Notes: a model not told the origin generated them from the sequence alone. A DNA stretch of 32,000 bases from Actinomycetota bacterium (GCA_051751385.1 JBNJKW010000001.1:851272-883271), one strand, 5' to 3'. Counted from the first letter of the stretch, positions 8,250 through 16,275 are shown. Numbers and translations are program-made.

Positions 8250-10040
8250 ATGACCTCCACAATTCCAACGCCTTCCCAGAGCAGCACAGGCAGCAACCTA
8301 GTGGAGATGGCGTGGGATCCCATCACCCGGATCGTCGGCAGCCTCGGCATCTACACCAAGATCGATTTCGAGAACAACCAGGTTGTGGAGTGCCGCAGCA
8401 CGTCCTCGATCTTCCGCGGGTACTCCTTGTTCATGAAGGGCAAGGACCCTCGCGACGCCCACTTCATCACCAGCCGGATCTGCGGCATCTGCGGCGACAA
8501 CCATGCCACCTGCTCCTGTTATGCCCAGAACATGGCCTACGGCGTGAAACCCCCGCATCTGGGCGAGTGGATTGTGAACCTCGGCGAAGCGGCCGAGTAC
8601 ATGTTCGACCACAACATCTTCCAAGAGAACCTCGTCGGCGTGGACTACTGCGAAAAGATGGTCTCCGAAACCAACCCCGGCGTACTGGCGAAGGCGGAGA
8701 ACACCCGCGCCCCGCACGAAGCCGACCACGGCTACCGCACCATCGCGGACATCATGCGCTCGTTGAACCCGTTCACCGGCGAGTTCTACCGGGAGGCCCT
8801 GCAGGTCAGCCGGCTCACGCGTGAGATGTTCTGCCTGATGGAAGGACGCCACGTCCACCCGTCAACGCTGTACCCGGGCGGCGTCGGCACGGTGGCGACC
8901 ATCCAGCTCATGACCGACTACATCACCCGGCTGATGCGCTACGTCGAGTTCATGAAGAAGGTTGTGCCGATGCATGACGACCTCTTCGACTTTTTCTACG
9001 AGGCACTGCCAGGCTACGAACAGGTGGGCCTGCGGCGTACCCTGCTCGGCTGCTGGGGTGCCTTCCAGGATCCGGAGTTCTGCAATTTCGAGTACAAGGA
9101 CATGACGGACTGGGGCCGGAAGATGTTCGTGACCCCCGGCGTCGTGGTTGATGGAAAACTGGTGACCACTGACCTGGTGCGGATCAACCTCGGAATCCGA
9201 ATCATGCTCGGTTCCTCGTACTACGAGGACTGGGAGGACCAGGAAATGTTCGTGACGCAGGATCCGCTGGGCAATCCGGTGGACCGCCGGCATCCGTGGA
9301 ACCAGCACACCAACCCGAAGCCGCAGAAGCGCGACCTGGCGGAGAAGTACAGCTGGGTCATGTCCCCGCGCTGGTTCGACGGCACGGACAACCTCGCCCT
9401 GGACACCGGCGGCGGCCCGTTGGCCCGGCTCTGGTCGACGGCGCTGGCAGGGATGGTCGACATCGGCTACATCAAGGCCACCGGCCACAGCGTGCAGATC
9501 AACCTGCCCAAGACCGCGTTGAAGGGGCCGGTCACTTTCGAATGGCACACTCCGCAATGGAGCAACACCCTGGAGCGCAACCGGGCCCGTACGTACTTCC
9601 AGGCCTACGCCGCGGCGGCCGCACTGCATTTCGCCGAGCAGGCGCTCGAAGAGATACGCGCCGGAAGGACCAAGACCTGGGAAACCTTCGAGGTCCCCGA
9701 CGAGGCATTCAGCTGCGGCTTCACCGAGGCCGTGCGCGGCGTGCTTTCGCACCACATGGTGATCCGCGATGGCAAGATCGCCAACTACCACCCGTACCCG
9801 CCGACTCCTTGGAACGCGAGCCCCACAGATTCCCAGGGCATCTCCGGGCCGTACGAGGACGCGGTCCAGGGGCAACCCATCTTCGAGGAGAACGACCGCG
9901 AGCATTTCAAGGGGATCGACATCATGCGCACGGTGCGTAGCTTCGACCCCTGCCTGCCCTGCGGCGTCCACATGTACTTGGGCAAAGGGCAGACCCTGGA
10001 CAAACTGCACTCCCCAACCCAGACGATGACCGGCGAGTGA
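8250..10040 (+). CDS. hhyL: [NiFe]-hydrogenase large subunit, group 1h/5 (high-affinity, oxygen-insensitive type)
   Basis: L1 motif TSRICGICGDNH and L2 motif SFDPCLPCGVH. The GDNH variant is, from memory, characteristic of group 5/1h. 596 aa. All four Ni-Fe ligands are Cys codons. Confidence 0.93.
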   Translation: MTSTIPTPSQSSTGSNLVEMAWDPITRIVGSLGIYTKIDFENNQVVECRSTSSIFRGYSLFMKGKDPRDAHFITSRICGICGDNHATCSCYAQNMAYGVKPPHLGEWIVNLGEAAEYMFDHNIFQENLVGVDYCEKMVSETNPGVLAKAENTRAPHEADHGYRTIADIMRSLNPFTGEFYREALQVSRLTREMFCLMEGRHVHPSTLYPGGVGTVATIQLMTDYITRLMRYVEFMKKVVPMHDDLFDFFYEALPGYEQVGLRRTLLGCWGAFQDPEFCNFEYKDMTDWGRKMFVTPGVVVDGKLVTTDLVRINLGIRIMLGSSYYEDWEDQEMFVTQDPLGNPVDRRHPWNQHTNPKPQKRDLAEKYSWVMSPRWFDGTDNLALDTGGGPLARLWSTALAGMVDIGYIKATGHSVQINLPKTALKGPVTFEWHTPQWSNTLERNRARTYFQAYAAAAALHFAEQALEEIRAGRTKTWETFEVPDEAFSCGFTEAVRGVLSHHMVIRDGKIANYHPYPPTPWNASPTDSQGISGPYEDAVQGQPIFEENDREHFKGIDIMRTVRSFDPCLPCGVHMYLGKGQTLDKLHSPTQTMTGE

Positions 10041-10046
10041 GTTGCC

Positions 10047-10982
10047 ATGCCAGCCGGGGAGCAGCCACGCCAGGCCGGTGAGCGCATCGGCACCCTTTTG
10101 GACGCGCTCGGGGCTGGCGGCGCCGTCGCCCGCGGACGCGCGGAGGACCTGGTCCGCGAGGTGGCTGACCTGTACGGAGCGGGATTGGAACGGCTGCTGG
10201 AAATCCTCAAGGACCGCGGAGTGCTCGATCCTGCCACAATGCAGGCGCTGACCGCGGATGAGCTGGTGTCCGCCGTGCTGCTGATTCACGGGCTGCACCC
10301 GCAGGATCTTCAGACCCGGGTTGCTGCCGCGCTGGACAGCGTCCGCCCATACCTTGGCTCACACGGCGGCGACGTGGAACTGCTGGAAATCAACGACGAC
10401 GGCGTGGTGCGGCTGCGCCTGTTGGGCACCTGCCAGGGGTGCCCGTCGTCGTCCGTTACCCTCAAGTACGCGGTGGAGGACGCGATCGAAGCAGCTGCCC
10501 CGGAAGTGGCGGCGATCGAGGTCGTCGAGGCCGAAAGAGCCGCCGCCGCGCCGGCCGTGATCCCCGTGGACGCACTGCTGGTCCGGCTGAACCGGGAACC
10601 CGATGGCTCCCGGGACCAGCCAGCAGGCTCCTGGGAGCCGCTGCCCCAGCTCGCCGAGCTGGAACCCGGGGAGGTTGCGGGCTTCCTGGTCGGCGGCGGT
10701 TATTCCCTTCTGGCTTGCCGGACCGGGCAGGACGTGTATGCCTACCGCGATTACTGCCCGCGCTGCACCCGCTCGCTGGAAGGGGCGACGCTGCAGCGGG
10801 CACTGGCGGCACCGGTCGGCGGCGGCTTGTTGCGCTGCCCGTCTTGCCGCAGCCACTTCGACGTGCGGCAGGCCGGGGTGTGTCTCGAGGACAAGTCGGT
10901 GCACTTGGATCCGTTGCCGGTGCTGGTCCGCGACGGCGTGATGTCCGTGGCGGTCCCGATGTCAGCCGGGCATGGAGGCTGA
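10047..10982 (+). CDS. hhyE: Putative Fe-S protein: NifU C-terminal-like domain fused to a 4-Cys Rieske-like/zinc-ribbon domain (HhyE-like)
   Basis: Starts 6 nt after the hhyL stop. Central Nfu-like segment VRPYLGSHGGDVELLEINDDGVVRLRLLGTCQGCPSS. C-terminal beta-rich domain carries CPRC...CPSC where Rieske proteins have Cys/His ligands. The symbol is by analogy to the mycobacterial hhy locus and is not verified. Confidence 0.65.
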   Translation: MPAGEQPRQAGERIGTLLDALGAGGAVARGRAEDLVREVADLYGAGLERLLEILKDRGVLDPATMQALTADELVSAVLLIHGLHPQDLQTRVAAALDSVRPYLGSHGGDVELLEINDDGVVRLRLLGTCQGCPSSSVTLKYAVEDAIEAAAPEVAAIEVVEAERAAAAPAVIPVDALLVRLNREPDGSRDQPAGSWEPLPQLAELEPGEVAGFLVGGGYSLLACRTGQDVYAYRDYCPRCTRSLEGATLQRALAAPVGGGLLRCPSCRSHFDVRQAGVCLEDKSVHLDPLPVLVRDGVMSVAVPMSAGHGG

Positions 10983-10983
10983 G

Positions 10984-11679
10984 ATGGAACGGCAGACCGG
11001 GACGGACACGGAGCGAGCCGGAACCATACCGGTCGCGCTGCTGCGCCGGATCGCAGCCACCAAACCCGCCCCCGCGGGCGAGCGCTGCGAGATGTGCGGC
11101 GAGCCCATCACGGAAGAACACCAGCACGTCGTCGATGTGGAAAGCCGCGGCATGCTGTGCACCTGCCGGCCGTGCTACCTCCTCTTCATCGATGCCGACG
11201 CCCGGCTCCGCTACCGCGCCGTCCCCGACCGCTACCTCTCCTTCCCCGATTTCGACCTCGGCCCTGGCCAGTGGGAGGAGCTCGAAATCCCGGTGGGCCT
11301 TGCCTTCTTCTTCTACAGTTCCAAAATGGAGCGCATGGTCGCCTTCTATCCGGGCCCCGCTGGAGCCACCGAATCCGAACTTTCGCTGGAGGCGTGGGGC
11401 GCGGTGTTGGCGCGCAATCCGAGCCTGTCGGTCGCCGCCGCTGATACGGAGGCGCTGCTGATCCGTGGTCCGGGACCCGAGCGGGCACAGGCGGACTGCT
11501 ATTTGGTCCCGGTGGACGCCTGCTATGAACTTGTGGGCCAGCTGCGCCGTGTGTGGCGCGGGTTCGACGGCGGACAGCAGTCCCGCGAGCAACTCAGTGA
11601 GTTCTTCAACCGTGTCAGGAGCCGGTGCCGGCCGGTGCGCGAGGACCGCGGCGGCGCCGGGCAGGGAGGCTCGCCGTGA
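10984..11679 (+). CDS. Conserved hypothetical protein, Cys/His-cluster N-terminus (hydrogenase-associated)
   Basis: ATG 10984 is preceded by GGAGG (10975-10979); ATG 10972 is the alternative. Motif CEMCGEPITEEHQHVVDVESRGMLCTCRPC gives 5 Cys and 2 His in 30 residues. High third-position GC. The stop overlaps the next start. Confidence 0.6.
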   Translation: MERQTGTDTERAGTIPVALLRRIAATKPAPAGERCEMCGEPITEEHQHVVDVESRGMLCTCRPCYLLFIDADARLRYRAVPDRYLSFPDFDLGPGQWEELEIPVGLAFFFYSSKMERMVAFYPGPAGATESELSLEAWGAVLARNPSLSVAAADTEALLIRGPGPERAQADCYLVPVDACYELVGQLRRVWRGFDGGQQSREQLSEFFNRVRSRCRPVREDRGGAGQGGSP

Positions 11680-12332
11680 CCGAGTTGTCCTTCACGGTCC
11701 TCGATATCCAGCCTGAGGCCTACGCGGCGGCTCCCCAGCTGACTGCCCGGCTGCGCGTCACCGAGTCCAGCGGCGCCGTCGTCCACGCGATCGCGCTGCG
11801 CTGCCAGGTCCGCATACTGCCGCAGCGGCGCGGCTATGGCCCGGGTGAGGAACCGGGGCTGCTGGATCTCTTCGGTGAGCGCGGCCGCTGGCCCTCTACC
11901 CTGAAGTCCTTCCTCTGGCTGCAGTGCAGTGCCCTGGTCCAGGGGTTCACCGGCAGCACCGAGGTGGATCTGCCGCTTCCCTGTACCTTCGATTTCGAGG
12001 TCGCGGCGGCCAAGTACCTGCACGCGCTGCAGGAGGGCACGATCCCGTTGGAACTGCTATTCTCCGGCACCGTCTTCACCAGAGGCCAGACCGGGTTCAC
12101 AGTGGAACAGGTGCCGTGGGACCTTGAGGCTTCCTATCAGCTGCCGGTGGAGGCGTGGCGCCGGCTCATGGACCTGCACTTCCCCAACACCGGCTGGCTC
12201 CGGCTGGACCGCGAGGTGCTCGCAGCGTTGGCCCATTTCAAGGCGGTCCGGGGGCTTACCTCTTGGGAGGCAACCATGGAGGCGCTGCTAGCCGGTGCCG
12301 CCGCGAACGCTGTGGGTGAGCCGCCGCGATGA
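11676..12332 (+). CDS. Conserved hypothetical protein (hydrogenase-associated)
   Basis: GTG 11676 overlaps the upstream TGA (GTGA) and is preceded by GGGAGG. 218 aa with no motif I can name. Coding-like composition. Ends in an ATGA overlap with the next gene. Confidence 0.55.
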   Translation: MTELSFTVLDIQPEAYAAAPQLTARLRVTESSGAVVHAIALRCQVRILPQRRGYGPGEEPGLLDLFGERGRWPSTLKSFLWLQCSALVQGFTGSTEVDLPLPCTFDFEVAAAKYLHALQEGTIPLELLFSGTVFTRGQTGFTVEQVPWDLEASYQLPVEAWRRLMDLHFPNTGWLRLDREVLAALAHFKAVRGLTSWEATMEALLAGAAANAVGEPPR

Positions 12333-13777
12333 ACATGGGACTGAGCCTGGCCCGCGCCGTCGCCGATGCTGTCCTCTACGAGGGGTACCTGCTCTACCCG
12401 TACCGCGCGTCGTCCCGGAAGAACCAGGCTCGCTGGCAGTTCGGTATCCTCGGCCCGCCCGGCGCCGCGGCTGCGGGGCTCGGCGAGGAACCGTACATGT
12501 CCGCAGACTGCCTGCTCCAGCCTGGCCGGAACGCATCGCTGGAGGTTCACCTGCGCTTCCTCCAGCTGCAGACCCGGACCGTGGAGGAAAAGTGCGACGA
12601 CGGCGCGTTCAGGGCCGTGGGAGAGCTCACCGTGGGCGCCACCCGATGGCTGACCTGGGACGAAGCCGTTGAGCAGGAAATCACCCTGGGACCGTTTGCG
12701 CTGGCTGACCTGGCCGGCCCGCAGGGGGACGGGCTGGCACTGCCGGTCGACGTGCCGGCCGGTCAGGACACGGAGTTGCTCACCGACCGCGTCGGGCAGG
12801 TTGCCGGGCGACTGGTGCGCCGCCGTCGACGGCTCCGCGGAGAGGTCAGGCTGAACCCGACGCCACATGCCGACGGGGTCATGCGGCTGGGTGTCACCGC
12901 GGAGAACCTCGGTCCCGCTGAGGACACGCCTCCAGCCGCAAACAAACAGGACGCCATCGGCTTGTCCTTCATCGGAACCCACGCTCTGCTGACCGTGCAG
13001 GACGGAGATTTCCTCTCCCTGCTCGAGCCGCCGGAAGCGGCAGGAGCCGCCGCCCGGTCCTGCACACAGCACCGCTGCTGGCCGGTCCTCGCCGGACCCG
13101 AAGGCCAGACCGACGTGTTGCTCATCTCGCCCATCATCCTCTACGACCATCCCGCCGTCGCCCCGGAAAGCTCGGTGGAGCTGTACGACTCGACGGAGAT
13201 CGACGAGATCCTCACACTGCGGGTGCTGACCCTGACGGAAGAGGAGAAGGCGGAGGCCCGGGCCACCGATCCGCGTGCGGCAGCGGTGATCGACCGCTGC
13301 GCCGCCATGTCGCCCGAGGAACTGCAGCAGTTGCACGGCGTCCTGCGCGACCCCCACGCCCCGGCCTTCCCTACGCTCACCGAAGAGCCGGCAGCTGGAT
13401 CCGGCGGCAACAGCGGATCCCAGAGCCTTCCGTGGTGGGATCCCGCGGCGGACGCCAGCGTCCATCCTGACGAGGACGCCGTGCTGATCGGAAGCGTTCC
13501 GGTGGCCCGCGGCAGTCGGGTGCGGGTGAAACCTAGCCGGCGAGCAGATGCCCAGGATCTGTTCTTCGCCGGCCAATCGGCAAGGGTCACCAGCGTCCAT
13601 TTCGACGTCGACGGCAGCACGCACATCGGACTGGTCTTCGAACAAGACCCCGCGGCCGACCTGCACGAGGGCTACGGCCGATCCTTCTACTACGCGCCGG
13701 ACGAACTGGAGCCTCTTGATCCTGCCCCGTCCGGCGGACAGTCCGAAACCCAACAGGGAAGGGAAAACCAATCATGA
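12329..13777 (+). CDS. Conserved hypothetical protein, 482 aa (hydrogenase-associated)
   Basis: ATGA overlap at both ends (12329-12332 and 13774-13777). No catalytic motif recognised. The only long sense-frame ORF here; the 544-aa antisense ORF is a shadow. Confidence 0.6.
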   Translation: MNMGLSLARAVADAVLYEGYLLYPYRASSRKNQARWQFGILGPPGAAAAGLGEEPYMSADCLLQPGRNASLEVHLRFLQLQTRTVEEKCDDGAFRAVGELTVGATRWLTWDEAVEQEITLGPFALADLAGPQGDGLALPVDVPAGQDTELLTDRVGQVAGRLVRRRRRLRGEVRLNPTPHADGVMRLGVTAENLGPAEDTPPAANKQDAIGLSFIGTHALLTVQDGDFLSLLEPPEAAGAAARSCTQHRCWPVLAGPEGQTDVLLISPIILYDHPAVAPESSVELYDSTEIDEILTLRVLTLTEEEKAEARATDPRAAAVIDRCAAMSPEELQQLHGVLRDPHAPAFPTLTEEPAAGSGGNSGSQSLPWWDPAADASVHPDEDAVLIGSVPVARGSRVRVKPSRRADAQDLFFAGQSARVTSVHFDVDGSTHIGLVFEQDPAADLHEGYGRSFYYAPDELEPLDPAPSGGQSETQQGRENQS

Positions 13778-13893
13778 GAGCAGTAGGCATGGTGGCCACG
13801 GGCCTGCTTTCCGCCGTCGCGCTCGGCCTCGTCTACGTCGGGCTGCGGTCACTCCCGGACATCCGGCGCTACCTGAAGCTGAGCCAGATGTGA
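13774..13893 (+). CDS. 39-aa single-pass membrane peptide (not in supplied ORF track)
   Basis: Hand translation gives MRAVGMVATGLLSAVALGLVYVGLRSLPDIRRYLKLSQM. The ATG overlaps the upstream TGA (ATGA), with GGAAGGG 8-10 nt upstream. Its TGA overlaps the GTG of the protease gene (GTGA). One hydrophobic helix plus a basic tail. Confidence 0.5.
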   Translation: MRAVGMVATGLLSAVALGLVYVGLRSLPDIRRYLKLSQM

Positions 13894-14426
13894 ACACCCG
13901 GCTCCAACCACGCGCAGCCGCCGACGGTACCGCCCCGGATTTCACAGGCCGTAGCCTGGTGGCCGGCGTCGGCAACATGTTCCTGCGCGATGACGGCTTC
14001 GGTCCGGAGGTCGCCCGGCGCCTGGCCGTGGCCGCCCCCAGGCCGGGAGTACAAGTGGTCGACTATGGGATCCGGGGGATGCATCTGGCGTACGACCTGC
14101 TGGCCGGCGTGGACGCGCTGGTCCTGGTAGATACCGTCCCTCCTGATGCGCACGATGCAGCACCGGGAAGCATCCGGATCCTGCGCGTCGGTGCCGAAGA
14201 CCTAGCGGAGGCAGGGCCGTTGGATCCACACGGCATGGATCCCGCAGCGGTGTTGGACCGGCTCCGCTCACTCGGCGGCAAACTGCCGCGAACTTACGTC
14301 GTCGGCTGCGTGCCCGCCGACATGACGGACGGCATCGGTCTCTCGCCAGCGGTCGCGGCCGCTGTCCCCAAGGCGATGGCCGCCGTCGTCGCACTCCTCG
14401 ACGAAAACGTTCCCCATCCCACCTAA
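13890..14426 (+). CDS. hupD: Hydrogenase maturation endopeptidase (HupD/HyaD/HybD family)
   Basis: LVAGVGNMFLRDDGFGPEV (GxGNxxxxDDGxG), VVDYG, LVLVD and DPHGM motifs. The track ORF from 13548 is an out-of-context extension. Start is proposed at the coupled GTG 13890; GTG 13959 is the alternative. Confidence 0.8.
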   Translation: MNTRLQPRAAADGTAPDFTGRSLVAGVGNMFLRDDGFGPEVARRLAVAAPRPGVQVVDYGIRGMHLAYDLLAGVDALVLVDTVPPDAHDAAPGSIRILRVGAEDLAEAGPLDPHGMDPAAVLDRLRSLGGKLPRTYVVGCVPADMTDGIGLSPAVAAAVPKAMAAVVALLDENVPHPT

Positions 14427-14438
14427 GGAGGTACCGCC

Positions 14439-14696
14439 ATGTGCCTAGGAATACCGGGGCGGGTCATCGAGCTCATTGAAGGTTACGGCGGCCAGCTCGC
14501 CCTCGTCGATGTTGCCGGGGCGGAGCGGAAAATCAACATCGGTCTGCTGGACGACGGCCCGCCGGAAGCCGGCAGCTGGATCCTGATCCACATGGGCTTC
14601 GCCTTGAAGCGGGTGGATGCAGAGGGTGCGGAGGAGGCGATGACCGGCCTCGAATTGATGGGGCAAGAGCGGGAATCCGGGGGCGGGTTGCCCTAG
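14439..14696 (+). CDS. hypC: Hydrogenase assembly chaperone HypC/HupF family
   Basis: N-terminal MCLGIPG with the essential Cys2. 85 aa. SD TAAGGAGG is 7 nt upstream. Confidence 0.9.
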   Translation: MCLGIPGRVIELIEGYGGQLALVDVAGAERKINIGLLDDGPPEAGSWILIHMGFALKRVDAEGAEEAMTGLELMGQERESGGGLP

Positions 14697-14743
14697 GTCG
14701 CGCTTACTGGAAATCAAAGAGCATTTGTATCGAGGAGGACACC

Positions 14744-15199
14744 ATGTCCGAGGAACAACCCGAGTCCGTTGAACAGCGGGAGCAGCCCGAGACCGACCGG
14801 CTGGGCTACGACTACAACAAAGGAACCAATCCTGCGCCCGGCGGGGAAACGGATACCGGCGGCAGCGCCGTTCCCCCGTACCAGGACCGGAGCACCGAAC
14901 GTACTGAGCCGGCCAAGGGCACTGCCCGCGCCTGGGGCAGCGAGGCTCCGGCGAAAGAACCGGAGCAACCCGGGCAGGAGGAGATTCCCGCTGACGCCGA
15001 GATGGCTCCGGAAGGGGTCGGCGCGAGCATAACCCGCGGCGGCGAAGAAGTGGTCGAGCAGGATGGCAAAGAGCCAGGCCGGGAGGACACCGGGACCAAG
15101 GGGCCGTCCGAGCGTCCTACGGGCACTTCGACGGCGCGCGATTCCACCGGCGTCGACACCGATGAGGCATCGGGGGAGGCCGCTCCACAGGCACCGTAG
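14744..15199 (+). CDS. Acidic, low-complexity (Glu/Pro/Gly/Thr-rich) predicted disordered protein
   Basis: SD GAGGAGG is 6 nt upstream of the ATG. 151 aa with no hydrophobic core segments and no recognisable domain. It is the last gene of the plus-strand run. Confidence 0.45.
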   Translation: MSEEQPESVEQREQPETDRLGYDYNKGTNPAPGGETDTGGSAVPPYQDRSTERTEPAKGTARAWGSEAPAKEPEQPGQEEIPADAEMAPEGVGASITRGGEEVVEQDGKEPGREDTGTKGPSERPTGTSTARDSTGVDTDEASGEAAPQAP

Positions 15200-15216
15200 C
15201 AAGTGGCTGCCGCCCG

Positions 15217-15327
15217 GGGGTAACGCTCAAGGGCTAACGCGCTCCAAGGGCGATCGTTAAGGGCTGACGTTCGAGCGCGGTCGCCGGGCTAACGGATCGC
15301 CGCGCTAACGTTCGAGCGCAATCGCCG
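15217..15327. repeat. Degenerate repeat array: 5-6 copies of GGGCTAACG-like 9-mer plus a 23-nt duplication
   Basis: 9-mers start at 15217 (GGGGTAACG), 15231 (GGGCTAACG), 15248 (GGGCGATCG, weaker), 15261 (GGGCTGACG), 15286 (GGGCTAACG) and 15302 (GCGCTAACG). CTGACGTTCGAGCGCGGTCGCCG (15264-15286) matches CTAACGTTCGAGCGCAATCGCCG (15305-15327) at 20/23, and all differences are G/A. Confidence 0.7.
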
Positions 15328-16078
15328 CGCCCCGATGCTCGACGCCCTTGTTGGCGATCTCCAGGTGCCGGGCGGTGAAGTGCTGCAGTTGCCGCAGTGC
15401 ACGCGGGGACAGGACATCACACACCCAGTCCCAATGGAGGGAGACGACATCCCCGACATTGAGCTTCTCCACGAAACCCGTTCCCGCGACGGCGAATTTC
15501 GCGGTCTCGACCACCGGGTCCCCGACGGAAAGAAACGTGCCGTTCCAGACCAGCTGGGGCGAGCTGACCACTGCCTCGTCACCGGCAAGGCCGAGGACCT
15601 GTCCCCAGCGGATCCTGCAGCGGTCGAGCACGGTGAGCGCCGTGGCGTACCGCCGCTCATCGCGCAGTAGACCCAGCCAGGGATAAATCTCGAAGACATG
15701 GAAGCTGTGGTGGGGAACGCCGCCGGCCAGGACCCCTTCCACCAAGTGCGGGAACTGCTGGCCGGTCCGAGCGCGGAAGCGGTCCTCCATGGAGTTGCCC
15801 ATGTTCCGAATCCCCACGGAATCCAGCAGGCTATTGCCCACCCAATAGGCCTCGACGACACGACGGTCCAACGGATCCGGGATACCGGTCGAGCCGGCGA
15901 TCAGCTCCAAGTACGGGTAGGCTCCGGCGAAACCCTTCGCAAGTTCGCGGAGCCCCTGATCGGTGATTCCGGTCTGTCCGTAGTGGAGCAGGGCGTCGCT
16001 GTCCAGCGGACCGCAGCTGCCCCGGGCATTGGGCGGGTAAGCATAACGGACAAACAACTGGGCGCCGTCGATGACCAT
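15305..16078 (-). CDS. Conserved hypothetical protein (I recall similar ARYAYPPN..CGP proteins as a DUF family near actinobacterial hyp genes; unverified)
   Basis: Minus-strand ORF 15305-16159. Start preferred at ATG 16078 (MVIDGAQLFVRYAYPPNARGSCGP), preceded by GGAAGGTGG. 257 aa with coding-like composition. Confidence 0.6.
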   Translation of the reverse strand: MVIDGAQLFVRYAYPPNARGSCGPLDSDALLHYGQTGITDQGLRELAKGFAGAYPYLELIAGSTGIPDPLDRRVVEAYWVGNSLLDSVGIRNMGNSMEDRFRARTGQQFPHLVEGVLAGGVPHHSFHVFEIYPWLGLLRDERRYATALTVLDRCRIRWGQVLGLAGDEAVVSSPQLVWNGTFLSVGDPVVETAKFAVAGTGFVEKLNVGDVVSLHWDWVCDVLSPRALRQLQHFTARHLEIANKGVEHRGAAIALER

Positions 16079-16239
16079 GCTGTGCCACCTTCCGCTAATG
16101 CGTGCTTCGACGGTAGCACCGGGATTGACACACCGGCAAGGAACATGCACTCCGATCAACTGCCGCCCCTTTTGCGGCCGCCCCCGGGAAAAGTGCTCTG
16201 CGATTCTCGAACCTCACTGAGGCGCGCGCCGCGCTTCCC

Positions 16240-16275
16240 GAGCACAGTAGAGCCGCGGTTCGTGAGCACAGTAGA
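16240..16275. promoter_or_regulatory. Two exact copies of GAGCACAGTAGA, 24 bp apart, in a divergent intergenic region
   Basis: Copies at 16240-16251 and 16264-16275. A TTGACA hexamer follows at 16293-16298. Located between the minus-strand gene (start 16078) and the ABC-importer operon (start 16400). Regulatory role is inferred only. Confidence 0.35.

Noticed and set aside
8250-10040. Possibility that the hydrogenase is a [NiFeSe] enzyme, given the adjacent Sec machinery
   Set aside because: The C-terminal ligand motif DPCLPCGVH is encoded with two Cys codons, and the gene has no in-frame TGA.
8862-10298. 478-aa minus-strand ORF antisense to hhyL
   Set aside because: The plus strand encodes an unmistakable [NiFe] large subunit with L1 and L2 motifs. 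The antisense product is low-complexity.
12137-13771. 544-aa minus-strand ORF antisense to the 482-aa hydrogenase-associated gene
   Set aside because: Typical high-GC shadow ORF. The product is Arg/Gly/Pro-rich with no motifs. The plus-strand gene fits an unbroken chain of 4-nt start/stop overlaps with its neighbours.
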